NCBI GenBank assembly: GCA_964201585.1
Contig: CAXNDX010000001.1
Span: 1 to 34,723 of the forward strand
Length of the DNA: 34,723 bases
Source: Candidatus Woesearchaeota archaeon
Lineage (GTDB): Archaea > Nanobdellota > Nanobdellia > Woesearchaeales > GW2011-AR9
Direction of reading: 5' to 3'
The position numbers and the translations under genes are program-made. Of the stretch, positions 1 to 9,204 are shown piece after piece (the first letter of the stretch is position 1; every line of letters begins with the position of its first letter). The notes under the pieces were generated by a model. The model saw nothing but the letters and a program-made list of their open reading frames with translations, did not search any database and was not told the DNA's origin.

Positions 1-2
1 AC

Positions 3-725
3 TTTCTCAACCAAACCATCTACCAAGCGACCCCTATCATTTGTAGCACTCTTGTCAATCAATACCACTTCACAACTTCACTTTTCAACAGCCCGCTCAT
101 CTTCATCAACCACAATTCCCCAGAAATAAAAAGCTACGTCTCTGAAGAATTCAGTCCCTCCAAAGCCGAATATCATAACCCTCACGAAGTCAGTCTCATC
201 CACTCCCTTATCAAAAAATATCTTGAATCCGGAATCTCCCCCCAAGACATCGGCATTCTCAGTCCTTATACTGCCCAAGTCCGCGAACTCAACAAAATCC
301 TTCAACCATATAATATCACTGCTAAAACCATCGACAACTTCCAAGGCCAAGAAAAAAAAATCATCATCCTCTCACTTGTTCGTTCAAACACCTCCGGCAC
401 CGCAACACAACGTTTAGGCTTTCTTGTCGACGAACGCCGCTTCAACGTCGCCCTCACCCGCTTTCAATACGAATTAATCATCATCGGCAACCAAGACACT
501 CTATCCTCATATGAAGAATACTTTGACATCTACGACAATAAAATAAAAAAAATTTATTATAAATCATTAATCAACTACATCAAAGACAAAGGCATCTTCA
601 TCACTGATCTCTCTGCTTATGTAAAGAAAAATATTACATTTGAACAAGCCAAACGCACAATCTCTACTTCCGCAATAAATCAAAAATTTCAGCAAGAATT
701 GCAGCTGAAGATAAATAAAAAATAA
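3..725 (+). CDS. SF1 (Upf1/DNA2-like) helicase, C-terminal fragment; 5' end lies outside the window
   Basis: Frame 3 is open from the window edge to TAA at 723-725. It is absent from the ORF track because it has no Met. Translation carries SF1 motifs V-VI: DIGILSPYTAQV, TIDNFQGQEKKIIILSLVRSN, GFLVDERRFNVALTRF. Confidence 0.8.
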   Translation, partial: FLNQTIYQATPIICSTLVNQYHFTTSLFNSPLIFINHNSPEIKSYVSEEFSPSKAEYHNPHEVSLIHSLIKKYLESGISPQDIGILSPYTAQVRELNKILQPYNITAKTIDNFQGQEKKIIILSLVRSNTSGTATQRLGFLVDERRFNVALTRFQYELIIIGNQDTLSSYEEYFDIYDNKIKKIYYKSLINYIKDKGIFITDLSAYVKKNITFEQAKRTISTSAINQKFQQELQLKINKK

Positions 726-750
726 AATCTCATAACCTACTTCTGTAATT

Positions 751-3207
751 TCAAGAACGTGATGCAACAAGTGTAGGTTCACAGTTCATTTTTCGTTGCG
801 GATCTTTTAGATCATAACAAACCACTCCATCCGCTGTCCAGAACCATCTTTCTTTATCTTTTCCTTGATTATTATTTCCAACATCACTTTGAATTCCTAA
901 TTTAACATATCTTGCTTTATATCCTTTAATCTGACATCCCTCTGCATTACATGTACTCAAAGCACCAGCTGTATTTGGAATAACTCCCTCTTGTTTTTCA
1001 GATACAAGATCCTCAATTTTTTCTAGATATGGTGCCGTTCCATGCTGTCCTACAACCGTTTTCATCTCAGGATACTGTTGAGATAAAATCGAAAAACCAG
1101 GATATACTTGTTCTGGCAAATACTTCTTTTGTGCATCAACTGAAGGTTCAATAGAATTGGTATTTAGTGACATAGGAGCCCGTACGGTATTACAAGCACT
1201 AAATGCTACTTCTTTCACTTGTCCTTTACTTTTTTCTTTAGGAAAATCACTAAAATAAAACATATCAATCGGACTATGATCTTTACCTTCTAACACATTT
1301 GGTGCATCTCTCCAAATATAATCAGTATCCCCAAAATGATGGCCTGTTACAATTAATCGTTCACTATTTGTAAACGGGGGTGCATCACGACTACTTACAA
1401 TATAACACCCCTTCTTTCTACACCAATCTAATGAATCTTTCGCCAATTCTGCATGATCACCTGCAACAATAATCGTTGTTGTAACCTTTTTTGAACCATC
1501 TTGTGGTACTATTACTCTCCCAAAAGAACGTGTCATCTTATCCTCGCAATCATCCTGCACAGAACAAGTTACTATTTTATTTTCACGGTTATTAAAAAAT
1601 TGTCCATTTCCAGGGATTGTTGAAGCAGTAGAACTAGGTGGCACTTTATCTGCCATAAATTCATTCGAAGAAATATGTTGTAACATCTCTTTATTATCTT
1701 TAACAAAAAAATAATCTACTCTTCCTGCATTTATTTTAGCAAGATTACCTGCCCCTTTCATCCCACTCTTTTGATCAATCACAATTGTACTGGCTACCTC
1801 ATAATTCCCCTTCGTCTTTTCGCGTAAACTAGAATAAGAAACTCGACCATCAACAATATTTTTTGCCTCAACTTTATCATAATAATGGTTTGATATAACT
1901 TCAATCTTATCTCCATGCTGTATATTACTAAATTGTAATCTTTCTTTATATCTTACATCCCCAATTGATCCTGGCGTATTAACTATACAACTATATCCTT
2001 TATGTTGTTGACAAAAAGAATCCGCTTGTCTTGATTTTTCTTGTGTATAATATACTCCTGAACTACTCTTAACTTTTAATCTCGACCCCTCCTCTTTAAA
2101 CCCCTCTTTAGTTGACTTACCATCTACTAATTCAGTATTACCTTTTAATATAAATTGATCCGCTAAAAATCCATCTTTAGATCTGATTTCTCCTGAAAAT
2201 CCTATCGTTTGACCACGAACCATTCTTAAGACCAATTGTTCTGTATTACACTTTTCTATGCAACTACTTCTAATAATGTCTTCACCATTTTTTCGTTCAT
2301 ATGTAAAATCACCACGATATTGTATTTTTGTAATCTTGTCATCCTTTTTCTCCGCCTCTAATATCAACTGTCCTTGTTTAATATTTAAAGAAGAACTGCT
2401 CTCCTTTTTCGTCTGTAAAACAACCCCCCCTTCAACTGTAATAATCTGTTTTCCCAAATCATCTTTCTTTTGTGATAACCTCTTTGAACCAAAAATATTT
2501 GTTTCATCCACTTGAACCGAACCATCTTTCATCACTTTAGCGGATCTAAATTCACTTGGATTAAAAGTCGTACTTTTCCCTTCTAATTTTTTTAGATCTG
2601 CACTTAAACCAGGAATTTTACTAGAGGTTGTACTTTCTGGCATTTTCGCCTCTGCTAATTCCCCTTTTAATTTTTCTAATAATTCATTATTTGGTGCAAC
2701 TGTTAACATTGATCCACTGTAACTTGTAATCGATGCTCCTTTATCATATATCCCATATTTATTCCAAAACCATTGATCTTTTGCTTTTGTATTATCATTA
2801 AGTAATCCCACATTTTTTTGTGCTTCTTGATCAAATCGTTCTAATACTGCAGGGGTAGCTAATAATTTTGAATTATCATCTACTACTTTTGCTGCTCGTA
2901 CCGGATCTTGTGTGAACGCTGCATTAAGCACTTTTGGATTACTTCCAATTAATTCTGGTTTTTTTTGGACTGCAATCCATGCCTGCTCTGAATTTCGTTC
3001 AAACGCCATTGCCGGATTTGACTCAAAATGTTGTTGTACATATTCTGGATTCTGCCATGGATCTTCTACTGGTTGAGGCACTGACGGATCAGAAATCGGA
3101 AGCATTCCCTCACCCTCTCCTAAAATCTGTATACTCTCTAATAGAAATAAAGTTAAAAGAAGCACTACACTTAACACCACTTTTTTTTGCCAATAAATAT
3201 TTGTCAT
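751..3207 (-). CDS. Large secreted or surface protein, family not recognised; possible caspase/CHAT-like His-Cys pair near the C-terminus
   Basis: Long ORF. The ATG at 3207 overlaps the upstream TGA (ATGA at 3204-3207) and gives a signal-like N-terminus MTNIYWQKKVVLSVVLLLTLFLL. Alternative ATGs are at 3225 and 3234. LIVTGHHFG followed by VAFSACNT resembles a clan CD dyad (weak). Confidence 0.7.
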   Translation of the reverse strand: MTNIYWQKKVVLSVVLLLTLFLLESIQILGEGEGMLPISDPSVPQPVEDPWQNPEYVQQHFESNPAMAFERNSEQAWIAVQKKPELIGSNPKVLNAAFTQDPVRAAKVVDDNSKLLATPAVLERFDQEAQKNVGLLNDNTKAKDQWFWNKYGIYDKGASITSYSGSMLTVAPNNELLEKLKGELAEAKMPESTTSSKIPGLSADLKKLEGKSTTFNPSEFRSAKVMKDGSVQVDETNIFGSKRLSQKKDDLGKQIITVEGGVVLQTKKESSSSLNIKQGQLILEAEKKDDKITKIQYRGDFTYERKNGEDIIRSSCIEKCNTEQLVLRMVRGQTIGFSGEIRSKDGFLADQFILKGNTELVDGKSTKEGFKEEGSRLKVKSSSGVYYTQEKSRQADSFCQQHKGYSCIVNTPGSIGDVRYKERLQFSNIQHGDKIEVISNHYYDKVEAKNIVDGRVSYSSLREKTKGNYEVASTIVIDQKSGMKGAGNLAKINAGRVDYFFVKDNKEMLQHISSNEFMADKVPPSSTASTIPGNGQFFNNRENKIVTCSVQDDCEDKMTRSFGRVIVPQDGSKKVTTTIIVAGDHAELAKDSLDWCRKKGCYIVSSRDAPPFTNSERLIVTGHHFGDTDYIWRDAPNVLEGKDHSPIDMFYFSDFPKEKSKGQVKEVAFSACNTVRAPMSLNTNSIEPSVDAQKKYLPEQVYPGFSILSQQYPEMKTVVGQHGTAPYLEKIEDLVSEKQEGVIPNTAGALSTCNAEGCQIKGYKARYVKLGIQSDVGNNNQGKDKERWFWTADGVVCYDLKDPQRKMNCEPTLVASRS

Positions 3208-4613
3208 GAGATAACCATCTCCCATCGCTTCCATGTTCTCCCTTTCTTATTACTCACATCAACTCGAACTGAATGATAACCTCTCTCTTCTTTGTCAGGT
3301 ACAAACGAAATTAAGCCAGTTGAATTATCTATTAAAAATAAATTTGAATCACTCTCAAACATCACCGATTCATTTTTAATATTAACCAATGGAACTTTAA
3401 AAGTATACTGTTTACCTACTTTTGCATATTGTTTTTGGATTTCAGCAATCAGAGGGTAGCCTTCTCTTTGAACATTTATAAAAAGATATAATGGTTCTAC
3501 TCTTGTCATATTTTCTCCATCTGTAACCCTAATATAATAAACATATTCTCCATTGAAAAAGTCATTTGTATTTAATGTTAAAACCCCTTTAGCATCAATG
3601 AGTATATCATTCGGATCAACTTTATATGACAAATTACTACCTTCTGCACTAATCTTGTGCGTAAATATCCCCTCTGTAGTAATCATCCATGAATCTATTT
3701 TATGAAGCCGAAATATTTCATTTTGTTCATTAAATTGTTGTAATTTTACAACCGTATTAATCTCTTTATCCCACCTAAACCTCAGCGCAAAATTATACCT
3801 CAATTCCTTCTCTAAAAGCATAATTGGAAGTATAGCACTTACTAACACTTTCTCTCCATATTCACCCTCTTGTTTAAATTTAAGAATCACATTCTCTTCA
3901 GATAGTTTAGAAGATAACTCTCCCAACAATAAATATTCTTTCTCTTGTTCTTGTGCAACCAGATATTGTTTAATCAGAGTATACTCTTTTAAAACACTCC
4001 AATCTAACATCATTGTAAATGATTTCAACTCTTTTTTCTGTGAATTTTTTGAAATTTCAACCGGGAAATCCATTGATACTTTAGTTCTTTTTTCTAAAAA
4101 ATGTATCTCTATATTCGGTATTTCATAATTAAAAATATATCCCTCTTGAACAAATGCGGAAAAATTATTAATACAACTGCTAAACTTTTCTTCCGCAAGT
4201 TTACCTATTTGTTGTTCAATTATTAAAATATCTGGAATTTCACTCTTTGTCCCATCAAAATAAAGAGAAATATCCCTTTTTATCCCATCATAAACCCAAG
4301 ATTCTTTTCCATTACTTTTTGAAAAATTACTATCTCCTCCTGATAAAAGAACAATCAATGTACTCTCCATTATACTTCTCTCAAGACATGCATCAATGTA
4401 CTCTAAAATTGGTTGTGTTACTAACGGAACTTTTTCTTTAGTTTCCACCGTAGTAATAAGATTATCATTCTGGATGTATGTTATTCCAATAATTACAAAC
4501 AATAAAAATAACCCTAAGATTATAAATACCGTCACCTGGCCTCTTTTGTGCATAGTTTTCTCAAACTCTTCGGTGTTTTTAAAGATTTGCCTCTCGTTAA
4601 GTGGTGTATCCAT
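3204..4613 (-). CDS. Membrane-anchored surface protein with a KRGQ + hydrophobic N-terminal segment (class III/type IV pilin-like signal?) and a beta-rich C-terminus
   Basis: 469-aa ORF with HKRGQVTVFIILGLFLLFVIIG near the N-terminus. The C-terminal part reads as Ig/cadherin-like repeats (YYIRVTDGENMTRVEPLYLFINV; GYHSVRVDVSNKKG). It is translationally coupled to the next gene. Confidence 0.7.
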   Translation of the reverse strand: MDTPLNERQIFKNTEEFEKTMHKRGQVTVFIILGLFLLFVIIGITYIQNDNLITTVETKEKVPLVTQPILEYIDACLERSIMESTLIVLLSGGDSNFSKSNGKESWVYDGIKRDISLYFDGTKSEIPDILIIEQQIGKLAEEKFSSCINNFSAFVQEGYIFNYEIPNIEIHFLEKRTKVSMDFPVEISKNSQKKELKSFTMMLDWSVLKEYTLIKQYLVAQEQEKEYLLLGELSSKLSEENVILKFKQEGEYGEKVLVSAILPIMLLEKELRYNFALRFRWDKEINTVVKLQQFNEQNEIFRLHKIDSWMITTEGIFTHKISAEGSNLSYKVDPNDILIDAKGVLTLNTNDFFNGEYVYYIRVTDGENMTRVEPLYLFINVQREGYPLIAEIQKQYAKVGKQYTFKVPLVNIKNESVMFESDSNLFLIDNSTGLISFVPDKEERGYHSVRVDVSNKKGRTWKRWEMVIS

Positions 4614-4638
4614 TACAAAGTGACAAAAGATAGAAAGA

Positions 4639-4646
4639 TTTATAAA
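4639..4646. promoter_or_regulatory. Palindromic TATA box TTTATAAA shared by divergent genes
   Basis: The box centre is 29.5 nt from the ATG at 4613 (-) and 27.5 nt from the ATG at 4670 (+). This is the spacing expected for archaeal TATA-to-start on leaderless mRNAs. Confidence 0.5.
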
Positions 4647-4669
4647 TAGAGCCTTCTTCTACCTACAAT

Positions 4670-5461
4670 ATGACCTATTTAAAAAACACATTTTTGCCAA
4701 TGGTTCTCAGCTCAATGTATGTCTGCGCCTCTTATTCTCCTCCAATCTATGGCCAAGAAGCAGCCCCTAACGTACTTTTTCAACAAAGTAATCTTGAAAC
4801 AAAAATACTTGAAGATAAAGAAGAAAAACCACTCTCACAACCCTATCGCTTTAGTGAGCAAGACCTTAACAAATATCGGCGCTGGAAACAACAAGCAATC
4901 GACCATTCAAAAAAAACAGGAGAAGTTGTTCTTATTATTAATAAATCAACCTATGAATTAGATGTATATCAAAAAGGCCAATTTCAAAAAAAATTTCCGA
5001 TTGAATTAGGAAAAAATAATTACGATGACAAAAAAATTCAAGGAGATAATACCACTCCTGAAGGTTTTTATAAAATTAGAAAAGTCAAAGATATCAATAA
5101 TACCCATTTTTATCGCGCCGCAGAACTTGACTACCCAAACAAACAGGATATCGCAGAATTCCATAGATTAAAAAAAACAGGTGCGATTCCTAAAAATGCA
5201 ACAATTGGGGGAGATATCAATATTCACGGTAAAGGGAGTGGGATTTCTCCTCTCCAAGGTGGTTCCAATTGGACACAAGGATGTGCGGCTCTTTCTAATG
5301 AAGATATGGATGAATTATTTCAGTATCTAAAACAAGAGACTCAAGTTTTAATCATCAAATATGATAGCCCTATTATCTCAATTATTCCACCTGATAGCAA
5401 AACAGTTATAAAACATCTCAAATATCTCACTAAATCCATTGATCAATCAATTTTTAAGTAA
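4670..5461 (+). CDS. Secreted L,D-transpeptidase (YkuD/ErfK fold) protein
   Basis: Hydrophobic N-terminus. The catalytic region INIHGKGSG...GGSNWTQGCAALSNEDMDELF matches the YkuD HG...GC signature. Confidence 0.75.
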   Translation: MTYLKNTFLPMVLSSMYVCASYSPPIYGQEAAPNVLFQQSNLETKILEDKEEKPLSQPYRFSEQDLNKYRRWKQQAIDHSKKTGEVVLIINKSTYELDVYQKGQFQKKFPIELGKNNYDDKKIQGDNTTPEGFYKIRKVKDINNTHFYRAAELDYPNKQDIAEFHRLKKTGAIPKNATIGGDINIHGKGSGISPLQGGSNWTQGCAALSNEDMDELFQYLKQETQVLIIKYDSPIISIIPPDSKTVIKHLKYLTKSIDQSIFK

Positions 5462-5472
5462 AAAAATTTACC

Positions 5473-6012
5473 ATGACAACCCTCACCATCAAAAGCCACA
5501 CTTTTAAACCATTTGTCGTCAAAGACTCATTTAATCGCCGTGCTATTGGCTTCAGAAACACTATTCTCCAATCACTAGGCAAACTAGGCCTAACCGAAGA
5601 TGACATCGACGTACCAATGGAAGTCATGGCCCTCAAACGCGCTCCTGCCTCTGCGTTATGGTATCTTGGCGGCTATCGCCTCTATTACAGTTATAACGGC
5701 TCCATTAAATTCGTTGAAAACTTATACATTGTATCAAAAGTAATCGAACTTGAAGTTATATCTATTCTTAACGGCGAAAAAACCGCCGAAGACTTCATCC
5801 GCGACTTCACTGAAGATAAAGACATTGAAACCCAACGTAAACAAGCCCGCGAACTCTTAGGCGTTGAACATGGCACATTAGACTTAAACCTCATCAACCA
5901 AAAATTCAAACAACTAGCTAAACAACATCACCCTGACATGCCTGGCGGCAACCACGAAACTTTCAAAGCCATCAATCACGCCCATAAGACATTGAAGAGG
6001 GAGTTAGAATAA
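5473..6012 (+). CDS. J-domain (DnaJ-like) protein
   Basis: C-terminal J domain with an HPD motif: INQKFKQLAKQHHPDMPGGNHETFKAINHAHKTL. Confidence 0.8.
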   Translation: MTTLTIKSHTFKPFVVKDSFNRRAIGFRNTILQSLGKLGLTEDDIDVPMEVMALKRAPASALWYLGGYRLYYSYNGSIKFVENLYIVSKVIELEVISILNGEKTAEDFIRDFTEDKDIETQRKQARELLGVEHGTLDLNLINQKFKQLAKQHHPDMPGGNHETFKAINHAHKTLKRELE

Positions 6013-6142
6013 ATATTTTAGTATTCAATCTCATTATTATCTTCTCATAATTTCTACTATAACAACCATAAACCTATACTAATATACATTTTGATGACAT
6101 TTCGCACCATTCTATATATATAAGATAAAGTAAACTCGACAT

Positions 6143-6478
6143 ATGGTGTTCCAGTTAATCTTAAAGATTTTAAATTCTTTCTACCAAGATTATGAAAAAA
6201 GAAAATTGAAGCAATTCACAAATAATATGACTACAAAAGAAATCGCCACAGGTATGGTACATAAAGTACCAGCAGATTTACAACAAGCTCTTATCAATGC
6301 CCAAAAAGTAAGAATAGCGTGGAATAATCTTACACCACTCGCCCGCAATGAGTGGATTTGTTTGGTTACTTCAGTCAAGAAGCCAGAAACAAGAAAAGAG
6401 CATATCAAGAGAGTATGCGCACAGCTTCTTGAAGACAAGCGCAGACCATGTTGTTGGCCCGGTTGCCCTCATCGTTGA
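6143..6478 (+). CDS. YdeI/OmdA-like small protein
   Basis: VPADLQQAL...AWNNLTPLARNEWICLVTSVKKPETRKEHIKRV fits the YdeI/OmpD-associated domain pattern. TATATATA at 6113-6120 is centred about 26 nt upstream of the ATG at 6143. An alternative ATG is at 6227. Confidence 0.55.
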   Translation: MVFQLILKILNSFYQDYEKRKLKQFTNNMTTKEIATGMVHKVPADLQQALINAQKVRIAWNNLTPLARNEWICLVTSVKKPETRKEHIKRVCAQLLEDKRRPCCWPGCPHR

Positions 6479-6526
6479 AATAATTAGAATTGAATAAGAT
6501 TAAAAGCCCGCACGACATTTAATCTA

Positions 6527-7933
6527 TCACTTCTCCACCAACAACTCCACCACATTCTGATCCGGATCAACAAACGTCGTAATTACCCCATAACTCTTCT
6601 TCATCATCCGTTGCCCAATTACAACTCCTTTCGCTTCCAATTTCTCCGTAATCCGCCCCAACTCCTCAACTGAATTCACACGCAGCTGCACAAGCACCGG
6701 ATTATTTTTATTATACGTAAACGTATACACTTCTCTATTCTTTTGTGGTTCAATTGCAAACGTCGTCTCCCCTGTTTCAAAGCCAAACCAATTAGAAGTA
6801 TTCTTCTCACACGCCACAAGCCCAACCACATCCCGATAAAACGCAACCAATCGCGTCACATCAGACGTATACACATTCACATACGACATCTTCAACCCCT
6901 CTGACCTCGCTGAATTCTTCACCTCAACCATCGCCCCCGCAACCAACAAAGGAAACGCAATCGTCGCATCACAATACACTTTCACATGCAACGCATCAGG
7001 CCGAACTTTCCCCCACGAAATCGCTTCCTCAACTCGCGCACCCGAATCCGACCCATCAAACTCCTGCGCCGTATTAATATACACTACATAATCAAACCCC
7101 TCGCGAAAAATATTCGCATTCAACGCAAAATGTTTACTTATTCCCCCACCTAAAATAATTCCACCCGTCTTATCAACATTCAGCGTCAGATCCACAATGG
7201 CTTTAATCTCCCCTGCAACATCAACATAAAAATCAGGATGTGATTGCTTGAAAAAGAAAATCATATCCCCAAACGAACCATCAATCAACCCCGGACAAAA
7301 AACAGGAATATCATTCTTTGCCGCCCAATACAAAATCGATTTCTCATCATTAATCTTTAATCCAATCTCTCGAATCAACTCATGCGGCGTAAAAATCTTC
7401 CCCTCTTTCTTCTGTCTATCATACATCGCCAACAAAAACTCCTGCATAAACTGATCAAAATACGCAAACCGATCATTTGGTACAAACACATTCCCAATCC
7501 GATTAATTCCATGCTCAAATAACATCCTCCCTGACGCCTCAAACTGCCCCAGCACAAACGGCTTCAAACACTTAATAATATCCTCTTCAATTCCCCCTGC
7601 CGAAGTTACCAACACCTGCACTTTCTTATTCTTAACAAGATACTTGATAATCTCCCTATTCCCCGAACTCACCATATTCGACGTATAAGCGAGAAATATC
7701 ATCGCTTTCTCTCGTAGCATCACGCGCACAACCTCCATCGCTTGCGCTAAGTTAGTACCCTGAAACCCCATCTTACTATACGCCTGCAAAAACGACTGAA
7801 AATCCAACCCTTGCTCAAAATCATACCCTTCAATCACCGGATACCCCTCAAGCGTCATCGTCTCTTTAGGCATATATTGCGCATGCTTTTCTTTCAACCC
7901 ATCCTTATTATTCATATTCTCTGTAAATTTCAT
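6527..7933 (-). CDS. dys: Deoxyhypusine synthase fused in frame to a C-terminal glyoxalase/VOC domain
   Basis: DHS hallmarks are present: VTSAGGIEED, ILGGGISKHF, EAISWGKV. The same ORF continues without a stop into MSYVNVYTSDVTRLVAFYRDVVGL...VVELLVEK (VOC fold). GGAGG lies 11 nt upstream of the ATG at 7933. The track start is at 7951. Confidence 0.85.
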   Translation of the reverse strand: MKFTENMNNKDGLKEKHAQYMPKETMTLEGYPVIEGYDFEQGLDFQSFLQAYSKMGFQGTNLAQAMEVVRVMLREKAMIFLAYTSNMVSSGNREIIKYLVKNKKVQVLVTSAGGIEEDIIKCLKPFVLGQFEASGRMLFEHGINRIGNVFVPNDRFAYFDQFMQEFLLAMYDRQKKEGKIFTPHELIREIGLKINDEKSILYWAAKNDIPVFCPGLIDGSFGDMIFFFKQSHPDFYVDVAGEIKAIVDLTLNVDKTGGIILGGGISKHFALNANIFREGFDYVVYINTAQEFDGSDSGARVEEAISWGKVRPDALHVKVYCDATIAFPLLVAGAMVEVKNSARSEGLKMSYVNVYTSDVTRLVAFYRDVVGLVACEKNTSNWFGFETGETTFAIEPQKNREVYTFTYNKNNPVLVQLRVNSVEELGRITEKLEAKGVVIGQRMMKKSYGVITTFVDPDQNVVELLVEK

Positions 7934-7985
7934 AGTATAGCGAGCCTCCATTAAATTCGAACAGTTTATTATGCAATTTGCGAAC

Positions 7986-8131
7986 TATAGTGCAGGACAC
8001 AATTATTTGGTCATTTTACCTGCACTATACACAAGATGAGGCAACGATCTCATCTGTGCACAGGTGAAATCACTGTTTCACCTTGTGTTCCGAAGGACAT
8101 AACAAACATGATCAATTAATTATGTCCTTCG
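7986..8131. other. Array of four strong hairpins (structured leader or ncRNA candidate)
   Basis: Stems: tatagtgcagg/cctgcactata (7986-8029); agatgag/ctcatct (8034-8055); cacaggtgaaa/tttcaccttgtg (8059-8087, one bulge); cgaaggacataa/ttatgtccttcg (8091-8131). Confidence 0.5.
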
Positions 8132-8307
8132 CTATATATCCCAAAAATCTTATTTAATTTCTAAAGATTTTTGTTATATTATCGCACCTTCATTTATATC
8201 ACTAGTAATCAACTCAAAAACACTTAAAAAAATAAAATCTATAAACCTATCTATTTCTAACTCACAAAAACTCTTAACTTCCACTCATTCGCACTGTATC
8301 TCTCATT

Positions 8308-8463
8308 TTAATTCAAATCCCTCAATTCCATCATCAACTTATCTTGCTGTTCTCGATACTGTTCATAATGATCCTGGCATACAAATCGTCCGCCCCACTT
8401 CTTCGCCGCAGACTTCGAACAGCGCGGCTCTTCACATTCCTCTGGAATATCTTGTAATACCAT
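8308..8463 (-). CDS. Small (51 aa) Cys/His-containing protein, possible zinc ribbon
   Basis: Below the ORF-track size cutoff. Translation: MVLQDIPEECEEPRCSKSAAKKWGGRFVCQDHYEQYREQQDKLMMELRDLN (CX4C...CX2H). TTTATATA lies about 25-30 nt upstream on the - strand. Confidence 0.4.
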   Translation of the reverse strand: MVLQDIPEECEEPRCSKSAAKKWGGRFVCQDHYEQYREQQDKLMMELRDLN

Positions 8464-8565
8464 ATCCTACTAAATAGGTACGATTCTATATAAATATTTC
8501 TCTTAAAAACTACTCAAATCCTATTTTCGCTAAACGCTTAAATAGAAGAATATAATCTTCAACCC

Positions 8566-9198
8566 ATGCCAAAACACCAACCCAAAACTCACCCTAAAAC
8601 CATCGAAGAGGACCTCAAAACACTCAAAGAATCACATCTTTTAGCGCAGCCAAAACCATCCCCACTCACCTCATTTCTCACCAAACTCTTCTTCACCCTC
8701 GGCGGCCTCCTCATTATCCTACTATTAGCTTCATTCGTCTTCCTCTCCTACCCAATTGATCACATCATCGCAAGTAAACTCGAATCCCAATCTCCCCTCG
8801 CAAATACCTTAATCATCAATAACATCACCATTCTCTTCGAACAACACACACAACAACAACTCCAAGAAATCTACAACAACCAACAAAAAGTCGAATTCAG
8901 TGTCTGCCTACTTGGAACACTAGAACAAAAATCAGAAAACCAACAAAACAACCAACAACAAAAACAAATCTACCACATCACCTCCCTCTACACACCCACA
9001 ATGTATCAGCAAACCTTCAACCACGTCGTATTCCAACCCTGCAATAAAGACACCATAATCATGCTCCACTCCCACCCCTACAAAAGTTGTCTCGCCTCAG
9101 ATACAGATATCAACACCCTCACACAAACACAACAATCTAACTCTAATATTTTAATGATAATCATGTGCGAACCGAATAGATATTCAGTATATTCCTAA
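8566..9198 (+). CDS. Membrane-anchored JAMM/MPN+ metalloprotease-like protein
   Basis: One TM segment (LFFTLGGLLIILLLASFVFL), then EFSVCLLG and the JAMM motif MLHSHPYKSCLASDTD. A TATA-like CTTAAATAG lies about 26 nt upstream. Confidence 0.65.
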   Translation: MPKHQPKTHPKTIEEDLKTLKESHLLAQPKPSPLTSFLTKLFFTLGGLLIILLLASFVFLSYPIDHIIASKLESQSPLANTLIINNITILFEQHTQQQLQEIYNNQQKVEFSVCLLGTLEQKSENQQNNQQQKQIYHITSLYTPTMYQQTFNHVVFQPCNKDTIIMLHSHPYKSCLASDTDINTLTQTQQSNSNILMIIMCEPNRYSVYS

Positions 9199-9204
9199 AA
9201 TCAG

